DNA from: Candidatus Latescibacterota bacterium
GTDB taxonomy: Bacteria; Latescibacterota; UBA2968; UBA8231
Direction: 5' to 3'
Assembly: GCA_965242865.1 (NCBI GenBank)
Contig: CBDETK010000013.1
Span: 3,648,001 to 3,712,000, forward strand
DNA: 64,000 nucleotides
The translations under genes were made by a program, and so were the position numbers. Position 1 is the first letter of the stretch. Each line of letters begins with the position of its first letter. The notes beneath the pieces are model-generated. The model saw nothing but the letters and a program-made list of their open reading frames with translations, was not told the origin of the DNA and did no database searches. Positions 1 to 10,083 of this stretch are shown here, one piece after another.

Positions 1-194
1 AGGTGACCATCGGCGAGGAGGGAAGGATTGTGTATCTGCGGGGGTACGGTTTTGTCCGAGTATTTCGGACTGTCTCCCGACACAGGGGGTTGAGGACGGA
101 GATCGGTTGGTACGAGGCCAAGACCGCCATCGTCAGAGAGGCTGTACGCCGCTATCTCAGACAGCCCACCTACTACCTCAACCCAACTGCGTAG
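1..194 (+). mobile_element. IS701-family-like transposase remnant (3' part, apparently internally deleted); runs off the window edge
   Basis: Translation GRIVYLRGYGFVRVFRTVS...WYEAKTAIVREAVRRYLRQPTYYLNPTA* resembles the C-terminus of IS701-type DDE transposases. A mid-protein motif abuts the C-terminal motif, implying a deletion. Confidence 0.65.
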
Positions 195-351
195 TCACGC
201 GCAACTGCTCGAAGTTGTCGCGATTGATCTGATCGGCTGGGGTGTAGCGGGTGCCGCCTCGGTCGGCTCCGTAATGCGGCCAATCAACGGCACCGGCAGA
301 CGCGGCGAGCGACCACGACGCCAGCAAAATCCCACAGGCTCGTTTGTTCAT
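195..351 (-). pseudogene. 5' fragment of a second PQQ-dependent dehydrogenase truncated by the IS
   Basis: ATG at 351 with GGAGA RBS. Signal peptide then DWPHYGADRGGTRYTPADQINRDNFEQLRV, paralogous to the start of 362-3244. Similarity stops at the IS end. Confidence 0.75.
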
Positions 352-361
352 GCTTTCTCCT

Positions 362-3244
362 CTATTGTTTTGCTTCCTTGGTCGCCGCATCCGATGCGCC
401 GAGGGCCTTGCGCATGGCGTCGTTGTCATAGTAGCCGGCCCAATCGTACGGCGTCTCGCCCCAGCGGGCGTCGCCAATAGTCCTAGCCGCGCCCCTTTTG
501 AGCAAGTAGCGAATCAACTCGACGTCTTCGGTATCAACGGCCTTGTGCAGGGCTGTGCTGCCCCAGTCCCACGGCCAGAACCCGCCGACTAAAGCGTCGA
601 TGTTGGCCCCGCGCTCCAACAAGAAATCAATGGCCTCCCGGCCGCCGCTGTACACCGCATAGTGCAGGGCCTCATCGACGACCTGCTGGCCGGTGAGGAC
701 GGTGTCGGGGTTGGCGCGGTAGAGGCGATTGGCCTCGGGCGTGGGCGCACTGTCTTTGAAAAAGCCAGCCATCAGGTCCGTGCGATTGAGCCCAGCGGCA
801 AAGCGCAAATCAACCTCGGCCCCAGCACGGAGAAGCACCTCGGCCAACTCCCTTTCGCGGCGGATCAGCAGGTCGTGCAGCAGCTTGCCGTTGTTGCGGT
901 TGGGGTCGGCCCCCTTGTCGTACAGCAACGAGAGCAGATCGCCCTTGGTCCCGGCCCATTCAAGCTGAACAGCGGTAGTTGCAAGCTCGGCCGTGGTCGC
1001 TGAATCGAGCGTCGCGGCATCGGGATCGGCACCCGCGTTGAGCAGGGCCGCGGCCAAGCTCACGGCATTATTGGGCAGGGCCGCACGCAGCGGTGCGCCG
1101 GCCGTCAGGTGCAAGAGCGTGGCACCGCGCAAGCGGGGGAACTCGTACCACTCGTCCAAAAAGCCGCGGGCCTGCGCTAGTCCGGTGTGCTCTTTGAGGA
1201 GCGTGCTCAACTGCTCGCTGTCGCCCGCGTCAATAGCTCTTACCGCCTCGTAATAGGCTCTGTGGTCGGCGTCTTGGCGGCTCTCGCCCTGCTCGGGGAT
1301 GGCCTCGCCCGGGCGCGGAATGGCCAAGGCCACGAGCTCGCTCGGCCGGTAGGAATCGCCCAGCGACAAGACCACGTATTGGCGGCCGGCCGCTTGGTAC
1401 ACGGCCGGGCTAGCATACGCATTGCCCGGCAATTCGACTTGGCCGACCAACTCGCCCGTCATCGGGTCAAAGGCCCGCAAATACGCCTCGCGCTGCACGA
1501 AGTAACCTCGGCCGGCGGCCGGACCGAAGTGGCCATCGCGCGGGTCTTCGGTCGCGGTCAGCAGGAGCGTCGCGGTCAGCAGCGGAAAGGTCCGCGAAGG
1601 CCAACCCAAGTCTTCTTTGATTTCGAGGTCGCGCAGCAGGGGATGGTCAACCGGCCCGCGGCCCATCGGTCGCATCCACAGGTGCCGGCCCGTGTTGAGG
1701 TCAATGGCGGTGAGGCGACCGTAGGGCGGCTTGAGCAGCGGCAGGTTTTCCGCAGCGGTGAAGTTGTGCCTGACGACGCCAGTATATGCGGAAGCGGCCT
1801 CGCTGTCGTCGGTCGGTCGCAGCGTTACCAGATAAGGCATGGTCTTGGAAGGCACGTAGAGTACGCCCGTCGCCGGATTCACCGCGCCGCCCGACCAATC
1901 CGAGCCGCCCAAAAGGCCCGGCACAAAAACCGTTCCCTTTTCCGCCGGCGGCGCGTACAAGGGGCCGTAGCTGTGCCCCCCAATCGCCTCCATTGCCATT
2001 TGCCGCAGTCCGGGCGTGAAGTCGATCAGGTCGTCGATGCTCAAGCCTTGGCGGTCGTACGGCCGGGGCCAGACGGGGATTGGCTGGGTCGCAGCGACCG
2101 CTTCGCCAGCGATGGTCGAGGGTGGCACCGGCATCTCGACGATCGGCCACACCGGCGCACCTGTGACGCGGTCAAAGACAAAGCAGAAGGCTTGTTTGGT
2201 CAGTTGCACTACGGCTTGGATCGGCTTGCCGCCAACCTCGATATCGACGAGGATCGGCGCGGCCGGCGGATCGTAGTCCCAAACTCCGTGATGGGCAATC
2301 TGGAAGTGCCAGACCCGGTCCCCGGTCCGGGCGTCGAGACAAACGATGCTGTCGCCGAAGAGGTTGTCGCCCGGGCGCTCGCCGCCGTAAAAGTCATTGC
2401 TCGGGGTGCTAACGGGCAGATAGACGTAGCCCAACGCGGGGTCGAGGCTCATCATCGACCACACATTGGCTCCCCCAAAGTCCTTCCACGAGCCGGCCCC
2501 CCAAGTCTCATGGCCTAAGTCGCCTTCTTGGGGAATCGTCTCAAAGATCCACTTTTGCTCGCCGGTGCGTACATCAAAGGCGCGCACATCGCCCGGCGGC
2601 ATGGGCCGGGGCACGGGTTGCCCGCGAATGTCCGGGATGGACGAGCCGACGATGGCCAAGCGACCGTAGATCATCGGTGGCGAGACCGAAAGGTATTCAC
2701 CGCGCCGCACCGCCCGGCGCATGCCTTGGGTCAGATCGACGCACCCGCTGTCGCCGAAGGCTGGGTCGGGATGGCCGGTCTCGGCGTCGAGCGAGTAGAG
2801 GTAGCCGTCGGTCGTGCCGAAGAGGACGCGCTTGGTGCCGCCCTCTTCCCAATAGGCTACGCCTCGATGGGTGCTGGAAAACCAGCCATCGAGACGCCAA
2901 GACTGCGGATCGAACTTCCACAACTCCTCGCCGGTGGCTGCGTTGAGCGCGGCCACGATGCCAAAGGGCGAGCTAGCGTAGAGTACTCCATTGACGACGA
3001 TTGGCGTACTGCGGTAGTAGTTTCTATCGACATCGTGCTCTGTGAGAATTTCCGCCTCCGGGGGCCGCCAACGCCATACAATGCGTACGTCGGCGAAGTT
3101 ATCGCGGTCGATCTGAGCAAGCGGCGCGTACTTGGTGCTGCCCGCGTCGCCGCCGTAATAGCGCCAGTCCGCCGATTGGGAGGACGCGGCCGCATGAAGC
3201 AGCAGAACGCAAAAAAAGCCAACGCCGAAACCGATCTGTCTCAC
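362..3244 (-). CDS. Secreted PQQ-dependent glucose/quinate-type dehydrogenase with C-terminal ankyrin-repeat domain
   Basis: Signal peptide; DWRYYGGDAGSTKYAPLAQI, PQQ propeller W motifs, HHGVWDYDPPA, KPPYGRLTAIDLNTG. C-terminal GATLLHL, ALHYAVYSG..LLERGANID, STALHKAV..LLKRGA, GETPYDWA ankyrin repeats. Confidence 0.85.
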   Translation of the reverse strand: MRQIGFGVGFFCVLLLHAAASSQSADWRYYGGDAGSTKYAPLAQIDRDNFADVRIVWRWRPPEAEILTEHDVDRNYYRSTPIVVNGVLYASSPFGIVAALNAATGEELWKFDPQSWRLDGWFSSTHRGVAYWEEGGTKRVLFGTTDGYLYSLDAETGHPDPAFGDSGCVDLTQGMRRAVRRGEYLSVSPPMIYGRLAIVGSSIPDIRGQPVPRPMPPGDVRAFDVRTGEQKWIFETIPQEGDLGHETWGAGSWKDFGGANVWSMMSLDPALGYVYLPVSTPSNDFYGGERPGDNLFGDSIVCLDARTGDRVWHFQIAHHGVWDYDPPAAPILVDIEVGGKPIQAVVQLTKQAFCFVFDRVTGAPVWPIVEMPVPPSTIAGEAVAATQPIPVWPRPYDRQGLSIDDLIDFTPGLRQMAMEAIGGHSYGPLYAPPAEKGTVFVPGLLGGSDWSGGAVNPATGVLYVPSKTMPYLVTLRPTDDSEAASAYTGVVRHNFTAAENLPLLKPPYGRLTAIDLNTGRHLWMRPMGRGPVDHPLLRDLEIKEDLGWPSRTFPLLTATLLLTATEDPRDGHFGPAAGRGYFVQREAYLRAFDPMTGELVGQVELPGNAYASPAVYQAAGRQYVVLSLGDSYRPSELVALAIPRPGEAIPEQGESRQDADHRAYYEAVRAIDAGDSEQLSTLLKEHTGLAQARGFLDEWYEFPRLRGATLLHLTAGAPLRAALPNNAVSLAAALLNAGADPDAATLDSATTAELATTAVQLEWAGTKGDLLSLLYDKGADPNRNNGKLLHDLLIRRERELAEVLLRAGAEVDLRFAAGLNRTDLMAGFFKDSAPTPEANRLYRANPDTVLTGQQVVDEALHYAVYSGGREAIDFLLERGANIDALVGGFWPWDWGSTALHKAVDTEDVELIRYLLKRGAARTIGDARWGETPYDWAGYYDNDAMRKALGASDAATKEAKQ

Positions 3245-3417
3245 GCACTCCTCTCTTTTGTATCAAGGTCCTAAGTACGCGACCCCTATGATTCGTCCGG
3301 TACGGTATGGAGGCGGGTGGCTGGGAGCCGTGTGCTTAGTGCAAGGTCTTAAGCGAAGGACGAGTTGGCGTTAAACAGTGTCAACGGGGCCGTTCGTCGC
3401 AACGACTCCTGCGAGCT

Positions 3418-4161
3418 TCAGCGGTACTGGTCCAAATTCCCCTTGTATTCCAAGCCCAGCACTTCCCGGCCCCGCGCCGTATTGCAGGTGGCGTCGGCTT
3501 CGGGCATGCCCACGATGTGCAGCACATCGAACTTCACTTCGTCCCGCTCCAAGGCCAGTCGGCAGGCTTCGGCCAAATCGTGGCGGCAGACCAAGCCGTT
3601 GCGGATGTTCTGCAATGGCTCCCGGTGTCTGCCGATTCCCAAGCGCGAATCCACGATATAGTCGGGCCGCAAGACCACGATAGGCAGCCCAAAGGCTTCG
3701 TGAAACTGGCGGCACATTTCCTCCTGTAATCGCTTGCCCACCGCGTACAGGCTGCCGTCGGGCCGCCGCACCTCCGCGGAGAAGAAAATTCCCTCGGGAT
3801 GCACGGTCTGGCACGAGCCGATGTGTACTACTTTGCGGACGCCCTGCTCTTGGGCCGCTTGCAGGACATTCCACAACCCCTTGAGATTGACGAGGAAGGG
3901 CTTGTCGTCGTCCGGGTCGCCGCCAGAGTAAACCGCCGTGTGAATGACGCAATCTACGCCGCAGATGGCTCGCTCCACCGCGCGGTAATCAACTATATCG
4001 CCGTGGATCACTTCGCCGCCGTTCCAAGCACCGTCTAGGTCGCGCCAAGCCTCCCACGCTTGGGGGCCGTAGTCAAAGGCGCGGACATCGCGTTTGCCAG
4101 CCAAATTTTGCAAGACAGCGCGGCCCAACCAACCGGCAGCACCGAAAACCACTGTTTTCAT
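3418..4161 (-). CDS. NAD-dependent epimerase/dehydratase (extended SDR, uronate dehydrogenase-like)
   Basis: MKTVVFGAAGWLG Rossmann motif, YAVGK (YxxxK); RBS AAGGAG before ATG 4161. Confidence 0.8.
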   Translation of the reverse strand: MKTVVFGAAGWLGRAVLQNLAGKRDVRAFDYGPQAWEAWRDLDGAWNGGEVIHGDIVDYRAVERAICGVDCVIHTAVYSGGDPDDDKPFLVNLKGLWNVLQAAQEQGVRKVVHIGSCQTVHPEGIFFSAEVRRPDGSLYAVGKRLQEEMCRQFHEAFGLPIVVLRPDYIVDSRLGIGRHREPLQNIRNGLVCRHDLAEACRLALERDEVKFDVLHIVGMPEADATCNTARGREVLGLEYKGNLDQYR

Positions 4162-4223
4162 CGGGGACTCCTTTCTCAAAATCGCCACGACCAAAGGCAG
4201 CACGGCAGTCGCTCGCTATTATT

Positions 4224-5846
4224 TCACTCCACGCCGAAGGTCGCACGGGTCTCTTGGCTCTCCCGGTATCCAATGCGGATCGCCCTAGCTCGCAAGGTGG
4301 TCGTCCCAGCTTCCATGCGTAGCGGCTCAGTGTACAGTTGCCAGTGCGGACAATCGTCCACGGAATATGCAATAGAAGCACCCTGCGTGGCGCAGTGGAG
4401 CTGCACCCGCAGCGGCCCTCGGAATGCACCGCCTGCCAGCGCGGGCTCGGTCCCGGGGCTGTCGGCGCAAATGGGGACGCATACCGGCGGGGCTGTCTGT
4501 GGCTGTTCGCCATCGGGATACCACTGCCGCACCATTTCGCTTTCCGTCATTCGGCCCATGTCGCCCACTTCGCCCAGCCACTCGTCCAAGGCTCCGCGCA
4601 GGCGATCCCGCTCTGGCTGGTACTGGGGATTGGCCGCCAAGTTGTCGATCTCGTGCGGGTCGGCGGCGGTGTCGTACAGCTCTTCAACCGGCCTCGGATA
4701 CCGGAACATGGCCGCTTGCGTCTCGTCCAGTTCGCCAGCCAAGTGCAAACGCCACATCTCCTGCATAATGGGATGCCGATTGCGGTAGGGGATCCATGAC
4801 AAATAGGGGAGGTCGGGCCGATAGTTGCGGATGTACTTAAAGCGGCGGTCGCGCACGGCCCGCACCATGTCGTACGCCACGTCGTGCCGGTCCCGGCTCG
4901 CGTATATGAACTCCCGCGGCGGCTGGGCTTGGCGGCCCAAAAACGCCCGACCCTGTATATGGGCGGGCACTTCAATCCCCGCGAGCGAAAGCACCGTAGG
5001 GCCAAGATCAACAGTGCTTACCAAGTCCTCGCACACCTGCCCCGCTTCCATGCCCGGGCCGCGGACGATCAGGGGCACGTGAATGCCCGCGTCGTACGGC
5101 CAGCGCTTGCCGCGCGGCAGCGGGCCGTGATCGCTCCAGTGAAAGACATACGTATTGTCGGACAGGCCGTCTTCGTCGAGCTGTTGCAGGAACTGGGCAA
5201 GCTCTCGGTCGCTGTGCTCAAGGTGCGTGTACATCCGCGCCATGGCTTGGCGCACGGCGGGAGTATCGGGAAAATAGGGCGGCAGCGGGATGGCGTCCGG
5301 GTCGAACTCCGGCTCAGGACACCTCTCGGGCCACATGCCGCTTTCGTGGGTGCGCGTGGGGTTGAAGACCGCGAAAAAGGGCTGGTCTGGGGCCGGGCGG
5401 TCGCGCCAGTGAGCGTCCGGCCCGAGCGCGTCCCAAGCGGTCAGTGGGGGGTCAAACTGGTAGTCGGTCTTTGCGTTGTTGCTACAGTAGTACCCGGCCG
5501 CCCGCAGGTATTCCGGGAAGCACTTTACGTAGTGCGGCACAACGGCCGAATACGGCGTGGGCAGCTCGGGAGTGGCGCGATTGGTGTGCGTGGTGCGCAT
5601 CTGGTGGGTGCCGATGGAGATCGAGTACATGCCAGTGATAATGGCCGAGCGCGCCGGGGCGCAGACGCCGGCGGTGGAGAAGCAGCGCGTCCAGCGGCAG
5701 CCCTCGGCGGCGAGCCGGTCCAACGTGGGCGTCCGCGCCACCGGGTCGCCGTAGCACCCGTATCGAGGGTTGGTATCCTCAAATGAAACCCACAGAAAAT
5801 TGGGTTTGTCTCGGCTTAACGTCGAGGTGAAGCGTTCCGTCGCCAT
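4224..5846 (-). CDS. Cys-type sulfatase with small C-terminal FN3-associated/chitobiase-like domain
   Basis: KPNFLW..ED, CAPARSAIITG (CxPxR), WSDHG, EELYD..DPHEIDNLA; tail LHCATQGASIAYS...YTEPL...LRARAIRIGYRES. Confidence 0.9.
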   Translation of the reverse strand: MATERFTSTLSRDKPNFLWVSFEDTNPRYGCYGDPVARTPTLDRLAAEGCRWTRCFSTAGVCAPARSAIITGMYSISIGTHQMRTTHTNRATPELPTPYSAVVPHYVKCFPEYLRAAGYYCSNNAKTDYQFDPPLTAWDALGPDAHWRDRPAPDQPFFAVFNPTRTHESGMWPERCPEPEFDPDAIPLPPYFPDTPAVRQAMARMYTHLEHSDRELAQFLQQLDEDGLSDNTYVFHWSDHGPLPRGKRWPYDAGIHVPLIVRGPGMEAGQVCEDLVSTVDLGPTVLSLAGIEVPAHIQGRAFLGRQAQPPREFIYASRDRHDVAYDMVRAVRDRRFKYIRNYRPDLPYLSWIPYRNRHPIMQEMWRLHLAGELDETQAAMFRYPRPVEELYDTAADPHEIDNLAANPQYQPERDRLRGALDEWLGEVGDMGRMTESEMVRQWYPDGEQPQTAPPVCVPICADSPGTEPALAGGAFRGPLRVQLHCATQGASIAYSVDDCPHWQLYTEPLRMEAGTTTLRARAIRIGYRESQETRATFGVE

Positions 5847-5967
5847 AGCTTCCTAGCCTTTGTTTTGAGTTGACAACGTGATAATTCGCACTTCTCGCGG
5901 TGCCCTGTCAATGCACCTCGGCCCGCAGGGTTGTTTGTCGCATACTCGTTACGCATACTATGCGCTG

Positions 5968-6499
5968 CCATTAGACGAGCTTTGTGTACGGGTCTTGGAT
6001 GCCGAGCTGGATCAAAAGTTGCGCGGTCGGCACCTGCTTCTGCCCCATCTCAAGGCACGTCTGCTCAACCTGCAAACGCCCGCCCGCTCCTTCCACGTCG
6101 GCCAGCATCACTACGACAGAGGGAACGATCTGTACCGGGCTATGCTCGACCAGCGCATGATCTACAGCTGCGGGTACTGGCGCAATGCCGCCAATTTAGA
6201 CAAAGCGCAAGAAGCCAAGCTCGATTTGTGCTGCCGCAAGCTGGGGCTGGGGAGGGTCTTTCGTCTTAGAGGACTGGCACGCTTTCGGCCCGCATTACGA
6301 CCGGACGCTGATGGCTTGGTACGACAACTTCAACGAGGCTTGGAGCAAACTCAAGGCCCAGTACGACGACCGCTTCTACCGGATGTGGACGTTCTACCTG
6401 CTGACCTGTGCCGGCTCCTTCCGCGCCCGGTCGAACCAACTCTGGCAAGTGCTCTTCTCGCCCAGCGGGATTAGAGGGTCTTACGAAGTGCCGCGATAA
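5968..6499 (+). pseudogene. cfa: Cyclopropane-fatty-acyl-phospholipid synthase remnant (N-terminus and SAM-binding core missing)
   Basis: HYDRGNDLYRAMLD..MIYSCGYW..A..LDKAQEAKLDLCCRKLGL joins out of frame near 6250 to LEDWHAFGPHYDRTLMAW...YDDRFYRMWTFYLLTCAGSFRARSNQLWQV. Start boundary approximate. Confidence 0.85.
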
Positions 6500-6520
6500 C
6501 GATGCCTACAGGAGGTTGAT

Positions 6521-7079
6521 TTTGACCGCAGTGAAACACCTATCCATGGAAGCACTAACCGCAGGGCTCGACGACATTCGTCAGTCGCCCAAGGCCATCG
6601 GCGTATTGGAGCTGATCGTGCGGCGGCCGCAAACGGAGGCGCGAGAAGTCTTAGACGTGGGGGAGCTCGATCTAGTTGAAGGGCTAGTGGGTGACAACTG
6701 GAAACGGCGCGGTAGCTCGCTAACCGCAGATGGATTGGCGCACCCGGACATGCAGCTCACGGTGACCAATGCCCGCTTGATGGCCCTAGTGGCCCAAGAG
6801 AGGAAGCGTTGGCCTCTAGCCGGGGATCAGCTATACATTGACTTTGACCTGAGCGTGGACAACGCGCCGCCCGGAACTCGCCTGTCCCTGGGCGCGGCCG
6901 TGATCCAAATCACGGAGCCGCCACACACCGGTTGTAAAAAATTCGCGGCCCGCTTTGGGCTGGACGCCCTGAAATTTATCAGTTCCCCGGTGGGCAAACA
7001 GCTTCAACTCCGCGGGGTCAACGCCAAGGTCATTCGCCACGGCGTGATACGGGTTAAAGACGTCGTGAAAAAGCTGTGA
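6521..7079 (+). CDS. MOSC-domain protein
   Basis: GLVGDNW, LAGDQLYIDFDLS, GTRLSLGAAVIQITEPPHTGCKKF, LRGVNAKVI..GVIRVKD. Start approximate (TTG after GGAGG). Confidence 0.8.
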
Positions 7080-7208
7080 GCGCAGTGCTTGCTAAAACCC
7101 GCCGCCTCGCGGCCCACCGCGCTGGCACTTCTAAGGATTGCCGTACAAGTAAGCAGGTTGCGGATTCTGTGTTTAGGCTTTTTATTAGACGGCAAAGAAC
7201 CTACAAAG

Positions 7209-7230
7209 GGGCAGGCCCCCGTGCCTGCCC
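7209..7230. repeat. REP-like palindrome GGGCAGGC-cccccgt-like loop-GCCTGCCC
   Basis: 8-bp inverted repeat with 6-nt loop in intergenic DNA, preceded by CCTAC (reverse complement of the GTAG REP tag). Confidence 0.45.
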
Positions 7231-7766
7231 GTTACAGCGGCAAATTTGGCACGATCGGTTGGCGAATGATGAACGAGACGATGGTTAAGCATTTCATATC
7301 AGGCAGGGGCCTTGCTGTGGGGCAAAACCCTGTTGGATGCTTGGATTCATCGTCGGATTTAATGCGTCGTAAGTCCTTGAAAAAACAATGACTTACCCCC
7401 CCCCGAAAATTCTCCGCTAGCACCAAGCACTAAACTCTCCACTTCTCAGCATCGGCCGACGGATCGTGCGCGGCTGTTGGGCGTCGCGTCGGTCTGGCCG
7501 CGCGGCCCCAAGCTCACGCTGCCGTGCGGCCTTTGTGCTGATCCACGTTTACTGCACCACCCCCGCAACCTGTCTGCCAAAAACCGAGGGCGGAATCTCC
7601 TCGCCCCGAACACCGCCAGAACACTAGCAAAGGCGCACCCACAGCAAGGGGCGCGTCCTGAGCACTCCAAGTTAGCCCTAGGGCTAGCTCTGCCTCTTTC
7701 GAGGCGTCATGCCCCTCTTCCACACCTCCATACCATTTCTTCCCACACCATACAAAGGAGCAAAAA

Positions 7767-9206
7767 ATGTCTTCGTTGAAATCTCTCAAAACCCTGTTTG
7801 CGTTCGTCCTTTTGGGCATCGTTGCTGCTTGGATGGGCTGCTCAGACTCCGCTCCGGTGGCTTCTCGGCCAGCCGGCAAAGCCACTTGTTCCTTGTGCGA
7901 GTTCTTGGGCGACGACGCCTACACCGCTACCGACGGGCTGCCCGCCCGGGAAAGCCCCGACACCACCCAGACCGACGCTGACGCCGATAGCACCCAGACC
8001 GACGCCGAAGCCGATAGTACCCAAGCGGCCACCGTGGAGTTTGCCGACGCCAATTTGGAGCGAGCGGTACGGGAAGCGTTGGACCGCCCACAAGGGCCGA
8101 TTACCCCGGCAGACTTGGCGGCCCTAACCGAACTTGACGCTAGCTATAAAGACATTGAGAGCTTGGCCGGCCTCGAACACGCCACGGCCCTGACAACGTT
8201 GTATCTACGGGGCAACGCGATTACCGACGTGCAGCCGTTGGCCAGCCTGACCAACCTTCAAACGTTGTCGCTGTGGGGGAACAAGGTGGCGGATGCGAGT
8301 CCGCTGGCCAGCCTGATCAGCTTGCGCAAGCTGGATATGTGGGGCAACGAAATTACGGATGTGCAGCCATTCGCGGGCCTAATCAATCTGCAATTTCTCA
8401 ATCTAGGTGACAACGCGATTGCGGATATAAGTCCCTTGGCTAGCCTGACCAATCTGCAATGGCTGGGCGTGATGGAAAACGCCCTTAGCCAGCACGCGGC
8501 CAACCAACAACTCGCCGCCGCGATAACAAGCGGCCTCCGCGTCGAAGCGGTAATAGAAAAATACCCCCGCGTCGAAACCGTCCAGGTCTATCCAGAAGAA
8601 CCGGATGAAGGGCAGGGAGCAGTAGGGCCCGCCCTATACTTGACAGACGCTGACAGCAATCCGGATCCAGCAGCAAGACGGTCAAAGATTTGGCGTGTCA
8701 GCTTGGATGGCTCAGTCGCCCAATCCTTCGTCCCCAGCCCACGAGTTCATTTTGGTCATGTACGATCCGATGGTCGGATCCCAAGATACTTACAAGGAAG
8801 TAATCCAAATGGCATCGCGGTGGATGTGGCGAACAGAAAGATATACTGGGCGGACGTGATGGCAGGTGGTTCGATTCGGCGTTCCAACTTGGATGGCTCA
8901 GACACGCTAAGAATCGCCTCGAGCGTGGGTTCGCCACAGGGCGTCGCGCTGGATTTGGTGAACAGAAAGATATACTGGGTGAACTGGACCATGGCCACGG
9001 GCAGTAGAATTCAGCGGGCCGACTTGGATGGGGATGGCTCAGACGCCCAAGACGTCACCCCCGCGGGGGTGACGACGCTATGGGGCATCGCGGTGGATGC
9101 GGAGCGCGAAAAGATATACTGGGTGGACCAGGGCGCGGATAACATGGGGAGTGCCGACTTGGATGGCTCAAATTCCCGAGTCCTCCTTAGTAACCAATGG
9201 TGCTAG
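7767..9206 (+). CDS. Lipoprotein with internalin-like LRRs and YWTD/LDL-receptor-type beta-propeller; C-terminus replaced by IS insertion
   Basis: Lipobox WMGC; FADANLERAVREAL cap; 22-aa LRRs (LTNLQTLSLWGNKVADASPLAS); propeller blades GIAVDVANRKIYWAD, GVALDLVNRKIYW, GIAVDAEREKIYWVD. Native end reconstructs at 10132. Confidence 0.85.
   Translation: MSSLKSLKTLFAFVLLGIVAAWMGCSDSAPVASRPAGKATCSLCEFLGDDAYTATDGLPARESPDTTQTDADADSTQTDAEADSTQAATVEFADANLERAVREALDRPQGPITPADLAALTELDASYKDIESLAGLEHATALTTLYLRGNAITDVQPLASLTNLQTLSLWGNKVADASPLASLISLRKLDMWGNEITDVQPFAGLINLQFLNLGDNAIADISPLASLTNLQWLGVMENALSQHAANQQLAAAITSGLRVEAVIEKYPRVETVQVYPEEPDEGQGAVGPALYLTDADSNPDPAARRSKIWRVSLDGSVAQSFVPSPRVHFGHVRSDGRIPRYLQGSNPNGIAVDVANRKIYWADVMAGGSIRRSNLDGSDTLRIASSVGSPQGVALDLVNRKIYWVNWTMATGSRIQRADLDGDGSDAQDVTPAGVTTLWGIAVDAEREKIYWVDQGADNMGSADLDGSNSRVLLSNQWC
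7965..8024 (+). repeat. 27-bp tandem repeat (TQTDADADS / TQTDAEADS) in lipoprotein linker
   Basis: acccagaccgacgctgacgccgatagc, then acccagaccgacgccgaagccgatagt, then a partial third unit. Confidence 0.85.
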
Positions 9207-10083
9207 TATGTTGACCGTGGTCATGGTAGTTCCTACGCTGAGGGTATCTCTGACCTTTCAGCCCCGGAGCGTCCTGATGACCACGGCCGAGTTTATAATA
9301 GCCCTGTTCTACCGCATTGACAATCAGATGCTTGATGTGCCCAAACACCCGCAAGCGTCCTTATATCCGAGTGAGGTGGTCACCTTAGGGGTGTTGTATG
9401 CGCTCAAAGGCGGGGGTAAACGGGCATTTTACCGCTGGCTGGTGCGGGACTAGCAGGCTTGGTTCCCGCGCCTACCATCGCGCCCCCGCTTGTTTCGCCT
9501 CTTCGCCGCTCATGCCGAGTGGACCGACCGCTTCCGCGCCGAGCTGACGACCTTGGGAGTGGTCGACAGCTATGGCATTGAGTTGCGCCATCCGGTGCGT
9601 CAAGGCCGGGCGCAGCACGCCATTGGGAAGAAAGGGCTCTCCAACCACCGTTGGATCGTCGGCGGCAAGCTGTGTATGATCGTCAATCAGTGGGGGCGGA
9701 TCGTCGATTGGGATTGGAACACGGCATAAGTCCACGATTCGGTCTTTCATCCGATGATCCGACGCTTCCAACAGCAGATGATCGTCCTCAGCGACCAGGG
9801 CTTTCATGCCCAAGCGGGCGATCCGGCCAATCTGAAAGTGTGTCCCCGGAACACTTGGAACGAGCGGATGCTCATTGAGACGATCTTTTCCATGCTCACC
9901 CGAACCCGCCGCTTTAAGCAGCAGACCCATCGAGCGTGGGCGTATTTCACCGCCCATCTGAGCTTTGCCATGGCCGCCTTCAATCTGCGGGTGCAGTGGC
10001 ATGGATTCCAACCCGATGAAAACGGATTCGTCCCGTTGTCTATCGCCGAGTTCGGATTGTAAAACACTAGCACCATTAGTTAG
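9191..10083 (+). mobile_element. IS element copy 1 (DDE transposase, IS982-like), transposase inactivated
   Basis: 17-bp TIR TAACCAATGGTGCTAGT / ACTAGCACCATTAGTTA; TAG target duplication at 9188-9190 and 10084-10086; ORF 9277-10062 broken by stops at 9451 and 9727. Family assignment tentative. Confidence 0.85.

Noticed and set aside
1187-2518. 443-aa plus-strand ORF and many similar long antisense ORFs
   Set aside because: Shadow ORFs opposite well-supported genes in GC-rich DNA; no recognisable motifs.
9451-9729. In-frame stops as evidence of an alternative genetic code
   Set aside because: Confined to IS pseudogenes; core genes use TAA, TAG and TGA as normal stops.
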